Of a stretch of DNA of 64,000 bases, positions 29,115 to 38,329 are shown piece after piece. The notes under the pieces were generated by a model. The model did no database searches and was not told the DNA's origin. It was given only the letters and a program-made list of their open reading frames with translations. Source of the DNA: a virus. How positions within the stretch are numbered: position 1 is the stretch's first letter; the number at the start of each line of letters is the position of its first letter. The DNA lies in IMG/VR virus record IMGVR_UViG_3300048032_000927, positions 32,001-96,000 of that record; one strand, 5' to 3'. Position numbers and translations under genes: made by a program.

Positions 29115-30026
29115 ATGCGTAAAATAAAATCTCTAGTTACTGGTGGGGCTGGCTTCATAGGCAGTCATCTTGTTGAACGCCTGCTCAAAGCAGGGCACGA
29201 AGTCGTAGTGGTTGACGATGAGTCTTCTACTGCTAATTCAAATTTTAACTGGAGAGACGATACCGAGAATCATAAAGTTGACATTTGTGATTTCGATAAA
29301 CTTGAACCTTTATTTAAAGGAGTAGATTTAGTTTTTCATTTAGCTGCAAGATCAAGAATACAGATTTGCGTCCAAGACCCTTCTGACGCAGTTAAAAATA
29401 ATTCTCTCGGGACCGTTAATGTTTTGCAGTCTGCGAGATTAAACAAATGCAAGCGAGTAATGTTCGCAGGAACCTCCTCTTGCTATGGTTTAGCGAATCC
29501 TATTCCATTAACAGAGGATATGCCAAATGATTGTTTAAATCCATATTCAGTCAGTAAAGCTAATTGTGAAGAATTATGCAAAATGTATACAAAGCTTTTT
29601 GGGCTTGAAACTGTACTCTTTAGATTTTTTAATGTTTATGGCGAGCGCCAACCCTTAAGCGGAGACTACGCTCCTGTTGTTGGTTTATTCTTTAGGCAAA
29701 AAGAAGCTGGCGAATCGATGACTGTAGTTGGAGACGGCCTTCAAACTAGAGATTACACATATGTAAAAGATATAGCTGAAGCGATGTATCTGGCGGGCGA
29801 GTCTAAAAATAAAGAAATCATCGGAGAGCTTTTTAATCTAGGTACAGGCAGAAATCATTCTGTGTTAGATATAGTTAAACTAGTGGAAGGCGAATATATA
29901 CACATAGATGCAAGGCCGGGTGAAGCGCGAGAAACCTTAGCTGATAATACAAAGGCAAAGGCTATGCTTAATTGGAGCCCTACTCAGATATTTGAAGATT
30001 GGGTAAAAAATAACAGGCCTCAATGA
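29115..30026 (+). CDS. NAD-dependent nucleotide-sugar epimerase
   Basis: TGGAGFIGSH, YSVSK, RFFNVYG, GDGLQTRDY. Confidence 0.92.
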   Translation: MRKIKSLVTGGAGFIGSHLVERLLKAGHEVVVVDDESSTANSNFNWRDDTENHKVDICDFDKLEPLFKGVDLVFHLAARSRIQICVQDPSDAVKNNSLGTVNVLQSARLNKCKRVMFAGTSSCYGLANPIPLTEDMPNDCLNPYSVSKANCEELCKMYTKLFGLETVLFRFFNVYGERQPLSGDYAPVVGLFFRQKEAGESMTVVGDGLQTRDYTYVKDIAEAMYLAGESKNKEIIGELFNLGTGRNHSVLDIVKLVEGEYIHIDARPGEARETLADNTKAKAMLNWSPTQIFEDWVKNNRPQ

Positions 30027-30853
30027 AAATCGGCGTAATCGGTAACGGGTTTGTTGGTTCCGCAATTGCGAACGGATTCATTAATTATGACACAAAAGTC
30101 TTTGACAAGAATCCGGACATCTCAAAAAACTCGCTAGAAGAAGTATTATCTCAGGATTTTGTTTTCGTTTCTGTGCCGACTCCAATGAAGGATGCTATGG
30201 GTGCAGATTGCAATCTTTCAATAATAGAGTCTTGCTTTAATGAGGTAGAATCCTTGGGTTCAAACGCTGTTTTTATCATCAAATCTACTGTTCCAATAGG
30301 TACGACCAAATCCTTGCAGCGTAAACATAAAAACTTAAAGATAATACATTCGCCTGAATTCCTAACTGCTAAATTTGCTAAAGAAGATTTCATTAATGCT
30401 GATAGGCATATCATTGGATATACAAACAAGAAATCAATCGGCGAAAAAGCGATTAAACTTTTCAACAAAGCATTCCCAAATATACAAACAGTATTAATGA
30501 AAAGCGATGAATCTGAATCTGTTAAATATATTGCGAATTGTTTCTTTGCCACCAAGGTTAGTTTTTTTAATGAAGTATATTGTTTAATCGAAAAGCTTGG
30601 CCTTGACTGGCATTCAATTATTAACGGAGTTATCAGCGACAAAAGAATAGGTCAATCGCACTTTCAAGTTCCTGGCCATGATGGAGACAAGGGTTTCGGC
30701 GGAACTTGTTTCCCCAAGGATATCAATGCCTTAATTAAAACTTTTGAAAAAAATGGATTAGACCCTAAATTATTAACGGCGGCTTGGGATGTAAACCTCA
30801 ATGTAAGAAGTGACTTAGATTGGGCTAGATCAGAATCTGCGGTCAAAAAATAG
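30023..30853 (+). CDS. UDP-glucose/GDP-mannose dehydrogenase, short form
   Basis: GNGFVG, VPTP, KSTVPIG, PEFL, GFGGTCFPKD; ends before the usual C-terminal domain. Confidence 0.88.
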   Translation: MKIGVIGNGFVGSAIANGFINYDTKVFDKNPDISKNSLEEVLSQDFVFVSVPTPMKDAMGADCNLSIIESCFNEVESLGSNAVFIIKSTVPIGTTKSLQRKHKNLKIIHSPEFLTAKFAKEDFINADRHIIGYTNKKSIGEKAIKLFNKAFPNIQTVLMKSDESESVKYIANCFFATKVSFFNEVYCLIEKLGLDWHSIINGVISDKRIGQSHFQVPGHDGDKGFGGTCFPKDINALIKTFEKNGLDPKLLTAAWDVNLNVRSDLDWARSESAVKK

Positions 30854-30881
30854 ATTGTTAATAACTCAGCAAGGATTGTTC

Positions 30882-30910
30882 TTGCAATACACAATTTTCT
30901 ATGTTATCAT
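30882..30910 (+). promoter_or_regulatory. sigma70-type promoter for nrdA
   Basis: TTGCAA-N17-TATCAT with extended TG. Confidence 0.6.
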
Positions 30911-30958
30911 AGGAAAATCAGTCAAATATTTATTTTTTTTGAAATCCCAAATACCCCT

Positions 30959-30964
30959 GTGTAA
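30959..30964 (+). promoter_or_regulatory. GTGTAA motif, putative phage promoter
   Basis: Begins 15 nt before the nrdA ATG. Confidence 0.6.
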
Positions 30965-30973
30965 AATAGCTTC

Positions 30974-33448
30974 ATGGACATAAAAGTTAAGAAAAGAAAT
31001 GGTCGCCTAGAAAACTTCGAAGTAGATAAAATCAACGCAAGCGCCCAAAGAGCATGCGAAGAAATAGAGGACGTTTCAGCGAGTGAAATAGTTCTCGACG
31101 CCCAACTTCAACTATTCGATAAAATTACCACAAAAGAGATAGATCAAGCTCTTATTTTGTCGGCCAGAGAGAAAATCGAAAAAGAACCAAACTATTCTTT
31201 CGCTGCAGCAAGGCTTTTATTGAATTGTCTATACAAGGAGGTTTTCAAAGAAGGCGTTGATTCTGACGCATTCAGACTACAATACAGAAAAAGCTTTATA
31301 CAAAACATTAAAAAACTAGTTAAACAAAATAGACTAGATAAAAGACTACTAGATTTTGATTTAAATAAATTATCAGAAGCAATAAAAATCAGGAGAGATA
31401 AAGATTTCAAATACTTAGGTATACAAATATTATTTGATAGATATCTCCTTAGATCTGAAGATAAAATCATGGAAACTCCTCAGGCTTTCTGGATGAGGGT
31501 TGCGATGGGATTATCTATTAATGAAGAAAATAAAGAAGAAAAAGCTATAGAGTTCTACAATCTCTTTAGTCAGTTCTTATACACTCCCTCTACCCCTACC
31601 CTTTTTAACAGTGGAACTACTCACTCACAGCTTAGTTCTTGCTACCTTAATACTTTTGATGATAGTATTGACGGCATTTTTGACGGCGCTTGGCAAGAAG
31701 CTCGAAAATCAAAGTACGCCGGTGGCCTTGGCCTTGATGTTACCCCTTTTCGTTCTACAGGTTCTCATATTCAAGGAACTAACGGTATATCTAGCGGCTT
31801 GGTGCCTTGGCTTAAAATATACAACGATTTACTGGTAGCAGTTAATCAGGGCGGGAAGAGGCCCGGAGCAGGGTGCGCTTACTTAGAGCCTTGGCATTTA
31901 GACTTTGAAGATTTCTTGAACTTACGCAGAAATACCGGAGACGATAGGTTGCGCTGTCATGATATGAATACAGCCGCTTGGATTCCTGACGAGTTCATGC
32001 GTCGCGTTGAGAGTGAAGATGTCTGGTACTTTTTTGACCCAAAAGATACCGAAAATGAAGATGGAAAAAATCTTCACGATCTTTTTGGCAAAGATTTCGA
32101 CGATCACTACAATAAAATGTGTGATGCAGCAGAAGAAGGTTTGATTAAGAACTATAGGATAATACCTGCAAAAGAATTATGGAAAAAGATGTTGAAAGTA
32201 TTATTCGAAACCTCTCACCCTTGGAACACATTCAAAGATCCTTGTAACATAAGGTATACAAATCAACATGAAGGTACTGTTCATAGCTCTAACCTTTGTA
32301 CTGAAATCACGCTTCATACCAAAGCATCTAAGTATGAAGAAGGAGAAAAAACAGAAATTGGAGAAACGGCAGTATGTAATTTAGGTTCAATTAATTTATT
32401 TAATCATTTAATTCAAAAGCAAGCTCATGGAGGGTCAGGATGGGCTATTGATTATGACAAACTAAAGTCTACTATTCATACAGCTATAAGGATACTCGAT
32501 AATGTAATAGATATAAACTTTTACCCAACCAAAGAGGCTGCTAATTCAAATCTGCGCAACAGACCTATTGGCTTAGGCATGATGGGCACACATGATGTTT
32601 GCCACAAGTTAAACATAAATATAGATAGCGAAGAAGCGGTTAAATTTAGCAATAAGTTGTTTGAGTTTTATTCTCATCATGCTATTTACGCAAGTTCTAT
32701 ACTAGCTAAAGAAAAAGGAAAATACGAAACCTATGAAGGTTCTTTATGGAGTCAAAATATACTACCCATCGACTCTTATAACAATTTAACTTCATACCGA
32801 GATAAAACAAGGCAATTCTCCACAGGCAAAGGTGAGTCATTGGAATCTTGGGCTAAAGTTCGCGAGCACATTAAAGAGTTTGGCATGAGAAACTCTAATG
32901 TTATGGCTATTGCTCCCACCGCAACTATTGGTTACATTAACGGAGTAGAGCAAAGTATTGAGCCAAACTTTTCAGTGCTATTTGTTTACGAAAATAAAAG
33001 TGGAAACTTTTACATAACAAATCAACATTTCGTAAATGACATGAAAGAAAGAGGGTTATGGTCTTCAGAAATTGCGGCTATGGTCAAAGGTGCAGATGGA
33101 GATCTTTCTTTACTAAACGGCGCTATACCAGAAGATTTGAAGCAAAAGTACTGCACCGCTTTTGATAGAGATATGTTAAAACTTGTTGATTGTAATGCGG
33201 CTCGGCAAAAATGGGTTGACCAAGCAATAAGCTTCAATTTATACAATAAAACGACATCCCTGAAATATTTGAATGATATTTACATATCTTGCTGGAAAGC
33301 TGGGCTAAAAACTACTTACTATTTAAGAAATAGAGCGGCGAGTAAAATTGAAAAATCTACAGGATCAGAAACTTCAGAAACCGCAGAACAATCAGCTTGC
33401 AGCATAGAGGCAATGAAAAATGGGGGAACTTGCGAAAGTTGTCAGTAA
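30974..33448 (+). CDS. nrdA: Ribonucleotide reductase alpha subunit with ATP cone
   Basis: VKKRNG ATP cone, PTLFN, LSSCY, SNLCTE, VCNLGS, APTATI, TTYYLR, C-terminal Cys. Confidence 0.97.
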   Translation: MDIKVKKRNGRLENFEVDKINASAQRACEEIEDVSASEIVLDAQLQLFDKITTKEIDQALILSAREKIEKEPNYSFAAARLLLNCLYKEVFKEGVDSDAFRLQYRKSFIQNIKKLVKQNRLDKRLLDFDLNKLSEAIKIRRDKDFKYLGIQILFDRYLLRSEDKIMETPQAFWMRVAMGLSINEENKEEKAIEFYNLFSQFLYTPSTPTLFNSGTTHSQLSSCYLNTFDDSIDGIFDGAWQEARKSKYAGGLGLDVTPFRSTGSHIQGTNGISSGLVPWLKIYNDLLVAVNQGGKRPGAGCAYLEPWHLDFEDFLNLRRNTGDDRLRCHDMNTAAWIPDEFMRRVESEDVWYFFDPKDTENEDGKNLHDLFGKDFDDHYNKMCDAAEEGLIKNYRIIPAKELWKKMLKVLFETSHPWNTFKDPCNIRYTNQHEGTVHSSNLCTEITLHTKASKYEEGEKTEIGETAVCNLGSINLFNHLIQKQAHGGSGWAIDYDKLKSTIHTAIRILDNVIDINFYPTKEAANSNLRNRPIGLGMMGTHDVCHKLNINIDSEEAVKFSNKLFEFYSHHAIYASSILAKEKGKYETYEGSLWSQNILPIDSYNNLTSYRDKTRQFSTGKGESLESWAKVREHIKEFGMRNSNVMAIAPTATIGYINGVEQSIEPNFSVLFVYENKSGNFYITNQHFVNDMKERGLWSSEIAAMVKGADGDLSLLNGAIPEDLKQKYCTAFDRDMLKLVDCNAARQKWVDQAISFNLYNKTTSLKYLNDIYISCWKAGLKTTYYLRNRAASKIEKSTGSETSETAEQSACSIEAMKNGGTCESCQ

Positions 33449-33851
33449 ATATTCGGCGGGGGTAGCTATACTCTATGGCTCGTCTATCTTGTTGGCAAAA
33501 AGATGCGAGTTCTGCAATATTACAGGCAAAAAAGTATCATTCCCAGGCTACTGGTCTATATTTGCGGGGGCAATGGATAAAGGAGAATCCCCTACTGAAT
33601 GCGCATCTAGAGAGCTTTTTGAAGAGACTAAAATATCAGTAAACCCAAATGATCTTAATTTTCTCTCAACGAAGGAAAATTCTCATGGACTACTACATAT
33701 TTACTCTTTTGATACAGATCAATTACTTATACCTGAATTAAATTTTGAGCATACTCAATTCGGTTGGTTTAATATAAATGAATTAGATTCTTTTACTGAC
33801 AAAATAGACATAGAACTAATGCAGCTAATAATAGATAACAAATATAAATAA
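33420..33851 (+). CDS. NUDIX hydrolase
   Basis: GAMDKGESPTECASRELFEETKI Nudix box; start uncertain. Confidence 0.85.
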   Translation: MGELAKVVSKYSAGVAILYGSSILLAKRCEFCNITGKKVSFPGYWSIFAGAMDKGESPTECASRELFEETKISVNPNDLNFLSTKENSHGLLHIYSFDTDQLLIPELNFEHTQFGWFNINELDSFTDKIDIELMQLIIDNKYK

Positions 33852-33859
33852 TTTTTTTT

Positions 33860-33865
33860 GTGTAA
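33860..33865 (+). promoter_or_regulatory. GTGTAA motif, putative phage promoter
   Basis: Begins 15 nt before GTG 33875. Confidence 0.6.
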
Positions 33866-33874
33866 TCTATAGGC

Positions 33875-34189
33875 GTGAACCTCATTATAGAAGCGCCTCT
33901 CTGCGAACCGCCTAGCGAAATTTCTTCGTTTAGAGATATCACACTGTACGGAAAAACCTTTGTTTTTGAAGATATTGTTCTTCTTTGTCAAAAAGGTACT
34001 CGTTCTTTTTACTGGAATTGGTTAAAAGCTCACGGTGCGCATGACTTCGTTTCCTACTTAGCTTCAGATCATGAGACAATAGAAGGATTACTAATGCACA
34101 GTGAGAGAGGAGACTTTGTGGTAGATAGAATAAATACTGTTAACCTAAACAAAATAATATGTTTTTTTGAAAAATTAAGATTGCTATGA
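33875..34189 (+). CDS. Hypothetical protein
   Basis: 104-aa ORF with GTG start 15 nt after a GTGTAA motif. Confidence 0.55.
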   Translation: MNLIIEAPLCEPPSEISSFRDITLYGKTFVFEDIVLLCQKGTRSFYWNWLKAHGAHDFVSYLASDHETIEGLLMHSERGDFVVDRINTVNLNKIICFFEKLRLL

Positions 34190-34461
34190 ATATAAAAGTT
34201 TTATTTACTGTCGTGATGTGTTTATTTGTTGGTAATTGTGCTACTCAAAAACACGTAAATCAATCCTCTTATCATGGTTTATCCGCTGCGGCAAAACCAA
34301 CCGCTTCATTAAAAGACTCAACGCCTCAATCTAGTATTGAAATAAATACAGAAGCTCCACTTCATGCGATAAGCTGGATAGTTGGTGGAATATTTTTATT
34401 CTGCTTGACTAATGGAGTAAGTATTTACCTTTATTCTAGGTATAAAAAAAATAAAAACTGA
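34186..34461 (+). CDS. Small membrane protein (signal-like N-terminus with Cys, C-terminal TM helix)
   Basis: MNIKVLFTVVMCLFVGNC...ISWIVGGIFLFCLTNGVSIYLY-SRYKKNKN. Confidence 0.55.
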   Translation: MNIKVLFTVVMCLFVGNCATQKHVNQSSYHGLSAAAKPTASLKDSTPQSSIEINTEAPLHAISWIVGGIFLFCLTNGVSIYLYSRYKKNKN

Positions 34462-34463
34462 TC

Positions 34464-34492
34464 TTGACTTTGGTTTAGTTTCGTAGTATTAT
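34464..34492 (+). promoter_or_regulatory. sigma70-type promoter for nrdB (leaderless)
   Basis: TTGACT-N17-TATTAT; ATG 6 nt after the -10 box. Confidence 0.8.
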
Positions 34493-34498
34493 ACTACT

Positions 34499-35512
34499 AT
34501 GTCAGATAAAAATGGTCAACTTCTATCTCAAAATATCGCCGGTGTAAATCGAATCTTGCCTCATAAGCATAAGTATGCATGGGATCTATTCCTAAAAAGT
34601 TGTGCAAACAATTGGATGCCTACAGAGATTTCTATGCAAAACGATATTAATCAATGGAAAAATAATGAAATCACAGAAGACGAAAAACTCTTGGTCAAGC
34701 GTTGTTTGGGCTTTTTTGCTGGAAGCGAGTCTCTCGTTGGTAATAACTTGCTTCTTTCTGCTTTTAGATATATTACTGACGCTGAATGCCGCCAATATAT
34801 TTTGCGCCAAGCATTTGAAGAGAGTCTTCACAATCTTACGATAGTATACGTTTGTGATAGCTTAGATCTGGATATTGATGAAGTTTTTACTGCTTACGAA
34901 ACTATCCCTAGTATCAAAGCTAAAGATGACTTTCTTATGGGTATAACTGATGATCTTAGCCGCCAAGATTTCGATCCCACAACGACACAAGGGAAGCAAG
35001 AAATACTTAGGAATTTCTTAACTTATTGGATTGTCTGCGAGGGTACATTCTTTTTTAGCGGTTTCGCTATGCTTCTTGCTTTAGGCAGGCAAAACAAGCT
35101 TCAAGGTATTTCTGATCAAATTAAATATACATTAAGAGATGAAAGTTCCCATATTGCCTTTGGAACTTATTTAATTAATACATTGATCGAGCAAAATCCA
35201 GAAATCTGGACAGAAGAAATACAAAATGAATTTATCGAGCATATGAAAAAAGCCGTAGAGCTAGAGATAGCATATGCGAAAGATGTATTACCAACAGGTA
35301 TATTAGGATTAAATTCGGAGATGTTTGTTGATTATATGTATTATATTGGCAACAGAAGGCTTGAGGCTATTGGTTTAGATTACAGGTTTCCTAGTGATAA
35401 AAATCCGTTTCCTTGGCTGGGAGAAGTAGTTGACGTTCAGGCTATGGGCAACTTTTTTGAAAGAAGAGTTAGGGAATACCAACAAAGCGGATCTTTAGAA
35501 GACGATTTCTGA
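34499..35512 (+). CDS. nrdB: Ribonucleotide reductase beta subunit, class Ic (R2c)-like
   Basis: WMPTEI, LGFFAGSESLVGNN, RQAFEESLHNLTI, CEG.FFFSGF, RDESSH, NFFERRVREY. Confidence 0.95.
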   Translation: MSDKNGQLLSQNIAGVNRILPHKHKYAWDLFLKSCANNWMPTEISMQNDINQWKNNEITEDEKLLVKRCLGFFAGSESLVGNNLLLSAFRYITDAECRQYILRQAFEESLHNLTIVYVCDSLDLDIDEVFTAYETIPSIKAKDDFLMGITDDLSRQDFDPTTTQGKQEILRNFLTYWIVCEGTFFFSGFAMLLALGRQNKLQGISDQIKYTLRDESSHIAFGTYLINTLIEQNPEIWTEEIQNEFIEHMKKAVELEIAYAKDVLPTGILGLNSEMFVDYMYYIGNRRLEAIGLDYRFPSDKNPFPWLGEVVDVQAMGNFFERRVREYQQSGSLEDDF

Positions 35513-35518
35513 TCTTTA

Positions 35519-35524
35519 GTGTAA
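35519..35524 (+). promoter_or_regulatory. GTGTAA motif, putative phage promoter
   Basis: Begins 16 nt before GTG 35535. Confidence 0.6.
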
Positions 35525-35534
35525 TATATACGTA

Positions 35535-38297
35535 GTGAGTTGTCCTCGTATATATACATTATCTAGCATTAGTGGAGAAAGTGGAATTCTCTATAATGTC
35601 TCAGGATCTGGACTAAATTACGAAACCGGATTTTTTAATACAATCAGTGGTTCAGAAATTTCAGGCGAATATATTTACACTCCTGAATTAAGAAATACAA
35701 ACTTTGTATCAGAAACAGGTGTTTTCACAGATTTGCAGGCTGGAAACATAACAGGTAATACAGGTTATTTTGATAGAGCTTACATAGACTATATACATAG
35801 CCATACAATATCTAACTCGTATAATATATCTTCTCCCCATTTGTCGGCCACAAATATTGGCAATACAAATCTTTCTTCTCATAATATTTCGTTATATGAT
35901 AAAATTTCACTACTTAAATGCGATAAAGCATATCAAGTAAACTACCAAAGGCCAGAAGTTACCTGCGAAACTGATTTTTTTTATTCGGGTTGGCGCAACT
36001 CAATCGAGGGAGGTAATAATGATTACCTAGGCAATTCATTAGATTTAAACGATGCAGGAGATTTTTTAGTTATAGGTGGAAATAGATACAACAGTAACGA
36101 TGGCCTTATAAGAACATATTATTGGGACGGAGGCTCTTGGAATCAATCTGGAATAGATATAGTTGGTTCAAGTGCAGAAAGCTTGGGTCACGTTGTTTCA
36201 TTAAATTCAGATGGAGATATTTTGGTCTCAGCAGGTAATACAGCAAACTCAAATTCAGGAATTGTTTATGCTTATGATTGGATTGCTAATTCTTGGTCTC
36301 AAAGAATTAACCCTATTAGTGGTCAATCAATTGAAGAGTTCGGATCTTCTTTGTCTCTAAATGCGGATGGTGATTATATTGTAGTTGGGGCTCCTTTAGC
36401 TAACGATAATTCAGGAATCGTGCGCGTTTACAACTGGGATAGCAGCGAATGGACCCAAATCGGAGATGACATTAGTGGCGTGTTAGACAATGAATCTTTG
36501 GGTTATTCTGTAGATATCAATTCAGATGGGAAAATTATATGCGCAGGAGGTCCTGGAGCAAATACAGACGAAGGAATAACTAGAGCATATCACTACAAAG
36601 GAGTTGCAGCGAGCGGCATACTTGATGGACTTCTTTTTACAGCGCTTGAAGATTCTATTAACTTTAACGGATTATCTATTTCTCTTTCTCAAATTGCTGG
36701 TGGTGCATCTTCACCAAATCCACCAACACCCGCCACAGTAGTTTTTGATTCACCCTCTAGCAGTATCTTAATATCTGGAGATATTAATAACGGTTCCGTA
36801 ACTTACTCTGGTTTACTTGATGATATTACTGTTGGTTCAAATTTAACTGAATTAAATAATGCTGGATTTAGCGCTTCTATTCTTGATGGTTTTGACGAAA
36901 ATCCAATTAGTACTGCAGGGCCTATCATAACACAAGGCGGTCAAGATCCCTCTTGGGATATCGTTGGTAAAACTATTAGTGGTGATGCAAACGAAAAATT
37001 AGGATATCAAGTATCTTTACATAAAAACGCTTCATACATTATGACAAAAGGTATTGGAGGTAACGGAGGTAATGGCACAATTAAACAATATCAATTACAT
37101 GGATCTTATAATAATTTTTCGGATACTCGCTACTGGACTCATTTAAATCAAGACGTAGAAGGGAAAACCTTTGATGTTAATGATTCTTTTTCTATATTGG
37201 CTGTCGGAATTGACTCTGAAGACTCCAACACCGGAGTCTGTAAAATTTATGGCAAACAAGATAATGCTTGGGAGCAAATAGGTGAAGATTTAAATGGGCA
37301 ATCCTTGAATGAAAGTTTCGGATATTCAGTCGCTTTAAATAGCGATGGCGAAGTTCTTTGTATTGCTGGAAGTGAGTACGGATTAAATCAGGGGATAATT
37401 CGTCAATATAACTTTGACTATCGAGCAGACATACGGCTAAATTCCACAAGAGTTACTGCTGATAATTTAAATTTAGAATATTATGAATTACCTACCTCAG
37501 ACCCTCTTGTTCGAGGTGATGTCTGGAGAGATGAAAACGATTTCTTAAAAATCAGTCCAGGCTGGACTCCTGCTATTTTAAACACTATTGCATGGTATGA
37601 CGCTGCGGATACATTTAGAATCACATCTACTAATAACACAATTAGTCAAGTTAACGATAAATCGGGTAATAATATAAACTTAACGGTTATTACTGCTGGC
37701 ACAACTGGACCCAAAACTTCGACAAGAGTATTGAATAATTTAAATGTGATAGAATGGTGCGAGCCTCGGCAATTACTAGAGAATAACATATTCTCTCACG
37801 ATCAAGCGAATAGTGCTCTTTGTATAGCGATTGTTTTTAAGGCTGATTTTAATAATTCGCAAGATTTTATTTTTGCCGGCACAGATAGCACTTCCGCAGG
37901 AAATCGCATGGCTATTCGCAGGCTCCACACAAACGATAGCGTTCAAATATTAGGCGGGAGTGGTACAGGTTCTAATATAGCGATTGGTTCCGGAAACGAT
38001 ACTGTCGTGGAAGGTCAAGATTATATAGTGGTTGTTAAACTTAATTCCTCAAACTCCACTATCAGATTAAACGGACAGCTTAAAAAAACTGGAGATATAG
38101 GTACAAATCAAATAACATCTATAAATATGGGTGGGAACGCAATAGGATCTCAAAATATAAACGGCTACATAGCTGAATTTATAGCCTTTCTAGATACTGA
38201 TCAACAAGAAAAAATCGAAGGTTATTTAGCTCACAAATGGAGCCTTGCTTCAAATTTGCCCGGAAATCATCCGTATAAAACATATTGGCCATTTTAA
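35535..38297 (+). CDS. Putative virion adhesin: FG-GAP-like repeats plus C-terminal LamG-like domain
   Basis: Repeated (L/F)GxSVxLNxDGxxxxxG...GxVRxYxW units; AWYDAAD...DKSGNN and GYIAEFI...IEGYLAHKW. Confidence 0.72.
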   Translation: MSCPRIYTLSSISGESGILYNVSGSGLNYETGFFNTISGSEISGEYIYTPELRNTNFVSETGVFTDLQAGNITGNTGYFDRAYIDYIHSHTISNSYNISSPHLSATNIGNTNLSSHNISLYDKISLLKCDKAYQVNYQRPEVTCETDFFYSGWRNSIEGGNNDYLGNSLDLNDAGDFLVIGGNRYNSNDGLIRTYYWDGGSWNQSGIDIVGSSAESLGHVVSLNSDGDILVSAGNTANSNSGIVYAYDWIANSWSQRINPISGQSIEEFGSSLSLNADGDYIVVGAPLANDNSGIVRVYNWDSSEWTQIGDDISGVLDNESLGYSVDINSDGKIICAGGPGANTDEGITRAYHYKGVAASGILDGLLFTALEDSINFNGLSISLSQIAGGASSPNPPTPATVVFDSPSSSILISGDINNGSVTYSGLLDDITVGSNLTELNNAGFSASILDGFDENPISTAGPIITQGGQDPSWDIVGKTISGDANEKLGYQVSLHKNASYIMTKGIGGNGGNGTIKQYQLHGSYNNFSDTRYWTHLNQDVEGKTFDVNDSFSILAVGIDSEDSNTGVCKIYGKQDNAWEQIGEDLNGQSLNESFGYSVALNSDGEVLCIAGSEYGLNQGIIRQYNFDYRADIRLNSTRVTADNLNLEYYELPTSDPLVRGDVWRDENDFLKISPGWTPAILNTIAWYDAADTFRITSTNNTISQVNDKSGNNINLTVITAGTTGPKTSTRVLNNLNVIEWCEPRQLLENNIFSHDQANSALCIAIVFKADFNNSQDFIFAGTDSTSAGNRMAIRRLHTNDSVQILGGSGTGSNIAIGSGNDTVVEGQDYIVVVKLNSSNSTIRLNGQLKKTGDIGTNQITSINMGGNAIGSQNINGYIAEFIAFLDTDQQEKIEGYLAHKWSLASNLPGNHPYKTYWPF

Positions 38298-38329
38298 AAT
38301 AGGCGTTTTTTCTTTATAATAAGTTTATA

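Noticed and set aside
30151-30642. 163-aa antisense ORF and the other short antisense or alternate-frame ORFs in the track
   Set aside because: They lie fully within well-supported genes, have no motifs, and look like shadow ORFs.
30974-33448. Intein or group I intron in nrdA (also considered for nrdB and the RecA-like gene)
   Set aside because: Normal lengths and continuous motifs; no splice-junction or homing-endonuclease signatures.
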